Assembly (NCBI RefSeq): GCF_018350175.1
Contig: NC_058369.1
Span: 17,610,001 to 17,674,000, forward strand
Source of the DNA: Felis catus
Lineage: Eukaryota
Length of the DNA: 64,000 nt
Direction: 5' to 3'
Made by a program: the position numbers and the translations under genes. Below, piece after piece: positions 1 through 11,235 of this stretch. The notes beneath the pieces are model-generated. The model was not told the DNA's origin and made no database searches. It saw only the letters and a program-made list of their open reading frames with translations. Each line of letters opens with the position of its first letter. Within the stretch, counting starts at the first letter, position 1.

Positions 1-135
1 ACTTTGGCCTCGTGAGACCCTGAGGAAAAACTCAGCTGAATCTCCTACACCTCTAAATTCTAGAATTGTGAGATAATAAATGTTTTAAGCTGCTAAATTT
101 GTGGTAATTTGTTTCATTGCGATAGAATATACACA
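1..135 (+). mobile_element. MaLR (MLT1-like) LTR 3' end
   Basis: gaattgtgagataataaatgttttaagctgctaaatttgtggtaatttgtt is a typical MLT1 end. Confidence 0.7.
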
Positions 136-370
136 CATTGTCTACAGGTTTGGTTCTTCTCCTTACTTTATTGGATCCTTATATTTTTTTATCTGCCCCA
201 ATTCTCCAGTAGATTTTTAGTCTTCTCAGGGTCAGAGTCCATGGCTCCTAGCTTTACCTCCACGGCATCTTGCACAGGACTGTGCTGTCAGTCTTCACAA
301 GTGGCCCTGTGGCACAGGAAACAGAAGCAGTGCCCAGGACATACAGTAGAGGCTTAAGATTCCTTCTTAC

Positions 371-460
371 CTCCAGAATCAGGGGGTGAGCAACTGCATC
401 AGGCTTGATCAGGGCCAGAGTGAGCTGGAGAGCCTGAGGGCTTCTCAAGATCGAAGTCAT
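371..460 (-). CDS. NME6: NME6 first coding exon (nucleoside diphosphate kinase 6); the rest of the gene lies left of the window
   Basis: Translates to MTSILRSPQALQLTLALIKPDAVAHPLILE, with the NDK N-terminal TLALIKPDAV motif. Acceptor ggcag|GAGTGAGATG (exon starts at 467) and donor GAG|gtaaga at 370; 90 nt, phase 0. Confidence 0.96.
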
Positions 461-924
461 CTCACTCCTGCCATCAGAAAGCTGGATTAGGGACCCTTCA
501 GTGCTGTGCTCCCCACCCTTCCTCCTCCGGAGCCATGCAGCCTTGCAAGCTAACAGCGGATCTCATTCCTGACACTCCCAAAGCATGTGGCAGTTACGTA
601 CAAAGAAGTTACCCATTCAGGAGAGATTCAAGTTTAAACTCTACCTGTCTCTGCAATATTCCCTTCCCTTCCTAATTTTTCTTGGTGTTTTAGAGGATTT
701 ACAATTTACATTGCTAAACAGCCTGGCCACAAAGGTACAATAACTGTTTCCATTCATAAGGCCTTCTATCCCATAGTGCTCTCCCATCGATTCTAGAATT
801 GGAAAATTGGATGGACAAGAATTGGGATGTTCCCAGGACATCCCCCCCAAAAGTCTGCTGGATACCTACCATCTCTTATCTAATCTTACAGATAGGTCAG
901 GACTTCCCCTGCCCAAATCAAATT

Positions 925-1148
925 ATTTTTTTTTTAATTTTTTTTAATGTTTATTTATTTTTGAGACAGAGAGAGACACAGCATGAGCAGGGAAGGGGCA
1001 GAGAGAGAGGGAGACACAGAATGTGAAGCAGGCTACAGGCTCTGAGCTGTCAGCACAGAGCCCGACGCGGGGCTCGAACTCATGAACTGTGAGATCATGA
1101 CCTGAGCCGAAGTCGCACGCTTAACCGACTGAGCCACCCAGGCGCCCC
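925..1148 (-). mobile_element. Felid Can-SINE (representative of several dozen copies in the window)
   Basis: tRNA-derived head GGGGCGCCTGGGTGGCTCAGTCGGTTAAG, (CT)n tract, AATAAA and A-tail; TSD cccaaatcaaatt. Confidence 0.95.
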
Positions 1149-1989
1149 CCAAATCAAATTCTTTAACACACTTGGTTGTCCTCAGGGCAAGGCTTGTGAA
1201 CAAGCAACTCCAAGGTCAAGGACTAGTTGTAACCATTTTGTATCTGTAGCAGCTGAAACACTGCCTGGGACAAAGGTCAGTTTTATTGACTAAATGAACC
1301 TATATAGTCTTATTCTATCCATCTTTGTATTTCTAGTGTCTAGCATGGTGTAAGAGCTCAACAAATAATTGTGGACAGGGCACCTGGGTAGCTAAGTCAG
1401 TTAAGTGTCCGACTTCAGCTCAGGTCATGATCTCGCACTTCATGAGTTCGAGTCCTACGTCGGGCTCTGTGCGGACAGCTCAGAGCCTGGAGTCGGCTTC
1501 AGATTCTGTGTCTCCCTCTTCCCCACTTATGCTCTCTCTCTCAAAAATAAACATTAAAAATTTTAAAAAAATAATTGTGGACATGATATAAAGAATCTAG
1601 AAGTATTTTATAAACCAGACTAAGAGAATTTGAGGTCTCTCTCAACTGTGAAATTCTATTCACATGTGAGAAACTGATCATCTCTTCAGGACTAAAGACT
1701 AGGTCTCAAAAGATTATCTGGTGGAGCTCCTAAATTTGCCAACAAATATGGAGAAGGCTTCCATGAACACACACAGGGACAGTCTGGACAACACCCTCAT
1801 TTCCCTTAGGCTGAAAGTAGCCTGATGATCACGTTAAAGGCAGTGCTTGCTTACTCAAACCACAAAACGAAGTCCAGCCTAACTAGTGCAAGATCAGCCA
1901 ACCCACTCTCCCTTGCATCTCAGGTTGTGAGTAACCCAAAAACAAGCGGAATCTTCACCATATATCTAGGGAGAAACAACCTTGACACA

Positions 1990-2680
1990 TCACCTCCCAC
2001 CCCCTCCAAATCCATGTTATCACCAAGTTCTGGCAATTTTGCCTAAGCAATAGATCTCAAATCCATACAATCCTCTCCTCAAGGGCCACCAGTCCAAGAC
2101 ATCATCAACCCTCCCCAGACTTCTGCAACAGCCTCCTCGATGGCCTCTCAATTTCTCCTCCTGCCAGCCTCTACAATCTGTTCTCCACACAGCAGCCAGT
2201 GAACTAAAAATACAAATCTAATCATATCAGTCCCCGCCTTAAGCTTTTGCCTGAGACCTTTTCACAGTCCAAAATGTGTTTCCTCTGGTTACCTCCTATT
2301 CACCCACTAGATCTTTTCTTTTAATATTTTTTGTTTTTTGAATTTTTTTTAAGGGGGAGGGAGGGGCAGAGAGGAGAGAGAGAGAATCCCAAGCACACTC
2401 TTCATGGTCAGCGCAGAGCCCAATGCGAGCTCGACCAGATCACACCAACTCTGAGATCATGACCTGAGCCACCCTGGGCCCCTCACCCACTAGATCTTAG
2501 CTCACTTCCCCTATTACATCTTCTTGGACCTTTTCTTCAGTTATGTCTTCACCCTTTAGGCCAGCTGCATTAAAGCAGGGATTTGTTTTGCTCATGGTTT
2601 TATTCTCAGTACCTCTGCAGAGTGCCTAGCACATAGCTGGCTCTCAAAAGTATTTGGTGAAATAATGAATGAATGAACCT
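1990..2680 (+). mobile_element. L2 LINE 3' fragment, interrupted by a SINE
   Basis: L2-like caatctgttctccacacagcagccag and terminal gtgcctagcacatag...aatgaatgaatgaa. Confidence 0.65.
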
Positions 2681-2869
2681 CATCCAGCTATACCAAGGCC
2701 AAGATGCTAGGGGCTCTCTAGGGAAGGATCTGTTTCCTCTCCTAATGCCAACTAAGTAATGACTGTCATGGCCCTCGGTTTACAACAAATGTTGACAGGT
2801 CAAGAAATTTGTTCAACTTAAAAGTCACTCCATCAGAGAATCATAAATTTGGGAGGTTGCCTAGGCATT

Positions 2870-3850
2870 CGCCGCCACACCGAAGGCACCCATTCCTCCG
2901 ATTCCGGGAGGGCGGCGGCAAAGCCCCTCGTCCTCCTAGGCAAAGCGGGGACCTGCAGCCCTCCCCCAGCTCTGTCTCAGCTCCCCATTCTCTACCCTCA
3001 CCCCGACACCCGAGGCCCAGTTCTCCAATCCCCCAGGCACTCAGCCCCATTTCTTGACACCGCCCCTCTCCTCGCTGCGCCCCCCCCCCCCCCCTTCTCT
3101 AGGCCTGCAGCCGCGCGACTCCTGTCCTTTGTACCCAGGCTTAAGCCCATCCCAGATTCTGGGCTGTTCGCGCCCCAGCCCGGATGGAGTTTCAAGTCTA
3201 GATGCACCTGGTCTTCCACCGCGGCGCCCGGCCACCAGGCACCGCGACAGCTAGCCTGTGCGGCCCAAGCGGGGTCCTTCGGGCGTTCGGCCGGGCAGCC
3301 CTGCTGGGGGTCCTTACCGTGAAGCCGCGAGTGGAAGAGCCGGAAGTGGAGGCCAGGTGTGTGGATCCCGCGGGGAGACCGCGTTGTGGGAGCGGTCGGG
3401 TCGAAGGCCCGCAGCATGCAGCACGAAGACCGGCCTTGCTTGTGGTCCTTGTCTCTCTCTCCAGCGCTTGCCCCTGCCGTACGAGAGGACAGAGCCGTCT
3501 CGGGCGGGAACTGCCTCTCGGAGCCGGCGCGGGCGCCCTCAAGCGGGAGGGAGGGCCAGGGCGGAGTTCGCGGGCTGCAGTGCGCGGGGAGGTGGTGGCC
3601 TGGCAGTGGGCCGTGCTTGCTAGCGGGGCCGCCGGGACGGGCCTTGCCTGACTCGTTCTGTCTTACTTTTCTGTCTAGGATGGTGCGTGGCACATGGTTG
3701 CTGCCCAGTACTTGTCTGAGGTACGTGAAGGGCGAAGAACTGGTGCTCCCGATCGCGAGGGCAGAGGCAGCCATTGAAAGTCTTGAGCGATCCGTGGACA
3801 CGAGAGAGCACAGCCAGTGTGGGGGTGGTGACGGAGGATGCGTGGCTGGG
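2870..3850. promoter_or_regulatory. CpG-island promoter of NME6, likely bidirectional
   Basis: Abrupt GC- and CpG-rich block in CpG-depleted surroundings; ETS/GABP core CCGGAAGTG at 3340-3348; GC-box-like GGGCGG elements. Confidence 0.85.
3318..3360 (-). other. NME6: Probable non-coding exon 1 of NME6 (5' end approximate)
   Basis: Strong minus-strand donor CACG|gtaagg at 3317 inside the CpG island, next to an ETS motif. Confidence 0.6.
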
Positions 3851-6800
3851 TCCAGGTGTACATAGAGAAACTAGTCGTAAGGGCCTTGAACATGTCGCTA
3901 AGGAACTTGGGGTGCGGTGGGTTACCAAGGAGTCTGTTGAAGCAGTGCAGGGTCAGGAGATGAGAACTGGGTGTATTCTTGGTGAGTAGTCTCACATATG
4001 GAGAAGGGACGGTGTGGCTGGTTGAGGAAGGGTGATAATATTTTTTCTTGGAGGGAGTCACTGAATTAGAGTGAAAATAAACCATAACTGTCATCAACTT
4101 AAATATACATATTTTTAACTGACTCTCCTGCCAAATATACAGGTGTTGCACGCCTGGAATGTTGGAAGGCAGATCTTTGGTTTTGGGAGCTTGTTTCCAC
4201 CAGACGTCTTTGGGAAAGGCCATTCATCACCTGTCTGGCTGGTGAAGGACATGTCCATTTCTGCCTTTACAGGATGAGAGTAAATTTAACCATGTGCTAC
4301 TGACCAGACATCAGGTTTTACTCTTATTTTCAAAGTGTACCAGGTCCCAGTTTTGTTTTCTACGTTTTTTTAAGGTTTTATTTATTTATTATTTTTTCAA
4401 AGTATATTTTCCAGAGAGAGAAAGAGAGCACGTGCGCGCAAGCCGAGGAGGAGCAGAGAGAGAGAGGGAGAGATTGAGAATCCCAAGCAGGCTCCTTGCT
4501 GAGCAGCTCAAACTCACAGACCGTGAGATCACCACCTGAGCCAAAATCAAGAGCTGCTTAACTGACTGAGCCACCCAGGTGCCCCTAAAGGTTTTATTTT
4601 TAAGTAATCTCTATACCTAATGTGGGGCTTGAACTTACAACCCTGAATTCAAGAGTGGCATGCTCCATCGGCTAAGCCAGCCGGGTGCCCCTGTTTTCTA
4701 CCTTTATGTTTGTTAACATAACTTTGGACTGTAGGGACTTGGCCGATTTTTAGACCATGGCCATTAGTTCACCTTTCTGTCTTCTGTCCTACACACACCA
4801 CACACATGCACAGGAGAAGGCTTTATTTAGTTCATATCTTATAGTTGCTTTGACTGTCCTCAGCAGTAAGCCTACATGATGAAAGTAAGGGCAGGTGTGA
4901 TTTTAGGAGGAGACCCAATAAATAACACTCTTTCTGAATTTGGGCTCAGAATCAACAGAAACGGAGTAATGGTAGGCAGGTGGAGACCAACTGCCCACTT
5001 ATTTAATACTGATGGAGCTGTTGGAGAACATAACAGTGTGAGAACCAAATTCTCCTGCCTTCTAATTCTGTGCTGCCAAAGTTCAATGCCAGGTCTCTTA
5101 AAAGTTTTAAAGCAACAACAGAAAGAATCTAAATCGTTAACAGGACATACAAAATTATCACAGTATTGTGCCACATCCGCCAAATTTAAATTTAGAAAAG
5201 ACCACTCTCCAGCTCATAACAGATTTTGTCCCTGGAAACCTGCCAAAAGATCTTGATACTCAGTGATATGTGAAGGAAGGTGAATGGGCTGAAAAGGTCT
5301 TGATTCAGTTTCCCTGGGACTCCATTAATTGTGTACCAGTTATTCAGTCTCCAACTTCTGAGTCTAAACTCAGTTGGGAGAATCGGCCATTATGAGGTTA
5401 ACTGGCCTGTGTTCATTGTATCCTGGGCACATCTACCTGTGTCTTATCTACCTAGTGGCATTTAAGATGATGTGGCCTTCATCATCAACATACTTAAGAT
5501 GGTGTGGCAGCCCCAACCAGGTCTTTGAGGTGCCTTTCTTTTTTATCTAGCACATTCAAGTTTCTTAATACCATTTCTCCTTTGGGTTCTGTGTTTCTGG
5601 CATCCCCAGGCTGCATTGAGGGTGGGCTCTTCTGACAAGCATACCCAGCCCTGCTGTGAGCAGTCCTGTGTGGCCACTGCCTTCTGTTGTGGAGTTGGTC
5701 AGGACACTTGCCTCCTGTGGATTGAGGGGCAGGAAGGTGGTCCTTTACCCCACGAGTTTCAGTTGAAAATCACTCTTGGTGGTTTCTTTCTTCCTGTTGG
5801 TTTTTTTTTTTTTTTTTTAACTTAAAGCTGCTATTTTTCTAAAGTTTGCTGCCTCACGGACCCAGTGAGAATTGAGACCTCTGCTCTTCAAGATACTGTC
5901 TTCAACTTCTGGATGTGTCAGGTGGGGAGTAGCATTTCTTTCAGACGCTTCTCTTTTGGCATTTTTTTTTCTGGGTTCCCCTACTCCTTTCCAGAAGGCT
6001 CAGTGAATTTCTCACATTTTGTTGTTGGAGAGAAAGCCAGCTCCTTGCTAGGCTACAGAGAGTGGAGAAGGAATGAGCTTGCAGGGCTGTGCCCTAGAGA
6101 TTTATCTCTCAGTTGTTTCCCAAGATAGGAACTTTCTTTTAAGAAAATCTCTCTTTTCTTTTGTTTTCATTCTTGTACTGCTTCTAATCTGATGTAGCAG
6201 GTTTCCAAAGTTCTGTTTCTTTCTGGACTTCCTGAGCATATGTGATTTCTTAAGACAGTGTTTCAGGCGCAGGCTTTTTCTCATTTCCTTCTTAACCTTT
6301 GTGGCTACGGTAGTTTCATTGAGTGTTTTTTCTGCTTCAAGTCTAGAAAGATGACATATTTTATTTCTAATAAGGGCATTTTTGTTATAAATAAAATCCA
6401 CCACCTTTTTAAGATTGAAGCTGCATTGTAAGTGTCAGAACTATAAAACCATAGCCAGAATTATTGACATACAGGCCAGCAAGTGGGGAGTGACCCTTAA
6501 ACTAAGTAGAAAAACACCACATGAGTTGTTCTTGTTTTGTCCTTTGGCCTTGAGTCTAGCTCAGATGCAACTGGGGACAGCCTTTTCATGTTGCCTGCTG
6601 GGCTGGGACTACCAGTAAAGTTTGGAGCTTACACATGTTTGTGTTCCTTAGCTAAGGAAAGCTGGCCTGTCAAACTAGCTAAAAAACAGTAAAGGACCAA
6701 ATGCTTGTTTTGCCCCAATATCTAAAAGGTGTGTGTAGGGAAAGACTTCCTGTAGTCAAATCTATGCCTCAGCAGGGCCTGCTTGCTAGGGTCTTTTCTG

Positions 6801-7155
6801 CTGCTTAGGCTTTGCGGATGTCCCATAAGGGAAGGCAGTAGGTCTGTGCTAAGGCCAAGGTCAGTACCCACACCTTAGCTCTTATATTCATAAACCATAG
6901 TGCTTGCACAAGGACAGTGCCTTTGCTGAACCATGTGACTGGCATTTCATTAAGGTATTCATTCATCCCTGCTTGTCTATCAAATCAGGTTTATGGGGCC
7001 CCTGGGTGGCTCAGTTGGTTAAGTGTCCCAACTCTTGATTTCGGCTCAGGTCATGATCTCATGGTTTGTGAGTTTGAGCCCTGTGTCTGGCTCTGTGCTG
7101 ACAGTGTGGAGCTTGCTTGGGATTCTCTCTCTTTGCCCCTCCCCGACTTGTGCTT

Positions 7156-7195
<40 letters not shown>

Positions 7196-9649
7196 AATAA
7201 ATAAATAAATAAATAAATAAACAAACAAACATGTAAAATCAGGTTTATAAAAACACTTGCCTATGAACAAAGTACCCGGCGTTCAACATGGCCAACTTGA
7301 AAAGTGTTTGAAATGCCTCAAGTGCTAGTCCCATCAGGGCCTCAACTTGTATGTGATGTTTTGCTCCCCACAGTATTCACTGGATCTCCTTTTTCTTATG
7401 TTCTTTGCCACATCATCAGATCCTAACATTCCTTTGAATACGACATCCTCCAGCCCTGCCAAAGGGCAGAGCCTGTTCCTGTAAAACTTACAACACAGAG
7501 CAGCAGAACCTGTGGGCAGGGGGTTCCCAAAAGAAGGAAAGGAAGAAGAGGCCAAGAAGATTCAGCCAGGAGAGGAGAGGTGTGGCAAGAGGCCAGGAGT
7601 GTTTAGAAGAAATCCTTCCCCATGGACTCAAGGAGTCAGTCCAAGAACTGAAAAAATAACTCTGGTTTCAACATGTGTGTTTGGGAAATGGTTAAGAGGT
7701 TGACTTAAAGAAGAGAATGCATTCATTTGGGATGTGGTGAGTTTGGAGTGATGGTAAGACATTCAAGCAGAAGTAGCTTGGTGGTGGTTGGATCAAGTTC
7801 GGTGGGAGTTATCAAAGTGGTGATAGTTGGAAATCTGTCAGTGGGGAACTGATCATGGGAAAGAATGCGGAGAGAAGGTAAGGTCAAAGACCTTCCTTTG
7901 TCAAAGAATAGTATAAAAACTTTATGTATATTGGGGCACCTGGTTGCCTCAGTTGGGTAAGTGTCCATCTCTGGATTTTGGCTCAGGTCATGATCTCACA
8001 GTTCATGGGTTCGAGCCCCATGGGTGCGGAGCCTGCTTGGGATTCTCTCTCCCTCCCTCTCTGCCCCTCCCCTGCTCGCTTTCTGTCTTAAAATAAACTT
8101 AAATTTTTTCAGACTTTATGTATGTATATAAAGGGGGTGACTGGCTGGCTCTGTTGGAAAAGCAGGCAACTCTTTTTTTTTTTCTAACTTTTTAACATTT
8201 AATTCATTTTTGAGAGAGAGAGTGCAAGTGGAGGGAGGGGCAGAGAGAGAAGGGACACAGAATCCAAAACAGGCTCCAGGCTCCGAGCTGTCAGCACAGA
8301 GCCCGACATGGGGCTCGAACCAACAAACGGTGAGATCATGACCTGAGCCAGAGTCGGATGCTTAGCCAACTGAACTACCCAGGTGCCCCAAAAGCAGGCA
8401 ACTCTTGATCTCAAGGTTGTGAGTTTGAAGCATATGCTGGGTGTAGAGATTACTTAAATAAACGTTAAAAAAAACCCTTGTATATAAAGGAAAACAGTGA
8501 TTGATTTAATCCGGCAAAGGCAAAAACATGTAAGAGAAAGGGTACAGAGAGAAGAAGGAAAAACTGCAGATTGTGTCAAAATTGTGGCTTTTGTTTCCTG
8601 TGGGTAAACTGCTGACCAGCTGGCAACCAACAAAGAAGCCAGTATTCTTCCCTGAGGCAACTGGATGGATTACAAAATAACACAACTTCACTTGCTTAAG
8701 GGTTCTCCAGAAGACCTCAGGAGTTCAGATGAGGTGTCTGTGTCAGGCTGTCTGCATAAATAATATCTATCAGTGTCCTTTGTAAGCAGTATCATCTTCA
8801 GGCCAGGTGTGTGCTGTTTCCCTTGTCAGAATCTCTGAGCTTCTCCCTTTTAACCAGACTCAGCTCTAATCCAAATTGGCCCTGAGAGCTTTGGTCTCCT
8901 TCCAAGGTAGCAACATGACTTGAATGTTGTTTGGGGGGCAATGGCTGTATAGTGGTATTTAGACCCCTGAATATTAGGCAGCAGAGAATGCCAAAAAGCA
9001 AGAGAATCCTGGATTAAAGTATTTGGAGCCCATTTCATATCCAGTTTATTCACTGGCCTGTTTAATCAGGAGAATGAGTCCCAAGGATTAGTTTAGTCAA
9101 GTTTACAATATTCACAAACCAAGTGGATCATAACTGAAAGAACATTTACTTTAGAGAACAAAAAATGTTGATAGAAGTTTCTGTCTAACTTTGAATCACT
9201 ATCTCTGCTCAAAACTGCCAAAACAGGGGCATCTGGGTGGCTCAGTTGGTTAAGCGTCCGACTTTAACTCAGGTCACGGTCTCGTGGTCTGTGAGTTCGA
9301 GCCCTGCGTCGGGCTCTGGGCTGATGGCTCGGAGCCTGGAGCCTGCTTCAGATTCTGTGTCTCCCTCTCTCTCTGCCCCTTCCCTGTTCATGCTCTGTCT
9401 CTCTTTGTCTCAAAAATAAATAAACGTTAAAAAAAAAAAACTGCCAAAACAAAAATTTTCCATTAAAAAAATACACTTAAATACCTTCACATTCACTTTT
9501 TATATGACGCGTGTATTTTTTCTTTTGCTGTAAATGTTACAAACAGAACTTTCGATCCTCTGAGATCCACTCCTGCCAGCCATCCAATTTTCCAAAAACT
9601 CAGGCATGATTCTTAGTTTCTTTTTTCTTTTTTTTTTTTTTTTTTTTGC

Positions 9650-10290
9650 CTCCCCTCAACAATCCCTCAGCAAACCTGTCTCTCTAACCTTAAGCTGTAG
9701 GTTACAACTGATCACCTCTGGCCATCTCCTAGCCCAAGCCAGCTTCCTCTCTTTGTGTACTGTCTATCCCTACCCTTCTGTGGCTTGTTTCTCATATAGC
9801 CATCAGATTGATCTTTTTATTTTTTCAAAAACACATTTTTAATCTCTATACCCTACGTGAGGCTTGAACTCACAACCCTGAGGTCAAGAGTTGCACACTC
9901 CACTGCCAGCCAGTCAGGCGCCCTCAGATCTTTTTCATGCATAAAACTGGTCCCATCACTCTCCTGCCTGAAGCACTGCCATTTTTTGCTGCTCTACTAA
10001 ACAAGAGCCAAGCTCCTTGCCATGGCCCTTAAAGCACCACGTGACTTGGCTTTTGCTGACCAATATTCCTTCACAATCCACTCTCCCTTCATGCTTATCA
10101 TTCCACTGCCTTGTTGCCACCTCAGGACCACCACAGGAGGTTCTCACTCTGCCTGAACACTCTTTTACCCAATATTTGCTTGGTTCACTCAGCATTGTGT
10201 CCTCCGCAGAGGCCTGGCCAGATTTCACGATCTAAAGTAACACCCTCTCCCAGCATTCTCTTTCTCATAACCCTTCTCTGTTTTCCCTCA
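9650..10290 (+). mobile_element. L2 LINE fragment
   Basis: Pyrimidine-rich L2-like 3' sequence (cctcaggacc...ctctgcctgaacactctt). Confidence 0.55.
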
Positions 10291-10729
10291 GGACTTGTAC
10301 CTATCTTTGTTGCTCTAGCCCAGCCTTTCTTCTGGCTTTATTAAAGAGAGGAAAATCTGGCTAGGAGCCCTCTAATCCTTGTGTGTCCTCCCTGCATGTG
10401 TAGATACTTCTATGTGAAAATGTGTATATGTGTGTGTGTCCAGATTGCTTTGGAGGAGGAAAGGTGATCCCCTGAGCCAAGTAAAGGGGACTCTAGAGTC
10501 TGACTTTCAGATATGAGGAAGTGCCCGCAGGAGACAGAGTTCGGCATCTCTCTCCTACTGACCCCTTGAGCCTCAAGGCCCAGTGTTGCCATGATCAAGT
10601 GGGATGCAATGGAATAGTTAGCATGAAACCTTGACATCTATCCCCTGGGGCTTAGGGCTTATGTGACCATAGAACCTAATGCTTTCCTTCTAACTGGAGA
10701 ATCTGCCCACAGCAAGGAAAAAGAGGAAG

Positions 10730-11235
10730 TGACCCTCACCCTGCTTCCCTAACCCCAACGAATCCCAACCCTAGCACCTAACCGTGATTCTAAATCCTTT
10801 ATCCTGACCTCTAGCCCCATCACTGACAGTGATTTGACTCTTGTAATCTAACCCTAGCTCTTCTGACCCTGACCTGACCCTGACTCATTCTCTTCTGACA
10901 CTGACCTTGTAACCTTTGGTCCTTAAACTCAGGTCCTAAACGTTAGGCCTTTGCCACAGCCCTAACATCTAATCCACCCCCAGTCACCCTCTAACCTTAA
11001 CTCCTTTGACACTACTTTCCAACTGTAACTCAAGCCCTAGTCCCTGAACTTCTCAGACTTTAACCTTAGACCTGGTTCTAGATCCTGAGGCCCTGACGTT
11101 TGTCTTCTAACCTCCTAATCCTGCCCTAATCTCAACCTGTAATCCCTAAATCCTGACTCATAGATTCTGACCTCTAAACCCTCACCCATAAATTGCTAAT
11201 CTCCAGGGTCCCCAGACTCCCAACCCTGACTCCAC
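10730..11235 (+). repeat. Degenerate telomere-like (CCCTAA/CCCTGA/CCCTAG) low-complexity tract
   Basis: Many hexamer variants such as ccctaa, ctaacc, ccctga and ccttaa over about 500 nt. Confidence 0.65.

Noticed and set aside
2809..4223. Many long overlapping ORFs (up to 267 aa) on both strands
   Set aside because: Expected stop-codon scarcity in a GC-rich CpG island; low-complexity P/G/R/A translations with no recognisable domain.
7334..7400. EYCGEQNITY resembles Kazal xCGxDxxTY, suggesting a second SPINK gene
   Set aside because: The upstream and downstream cysteines are missing and a stop follows within a few codons; another frame looks more protein-like.
7520..7900. Thr/Pro-rich minus-strand ORF, possibly mucin-like
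   Set aside because: Nucleotide pattern resembles a decayed L2 fragment.
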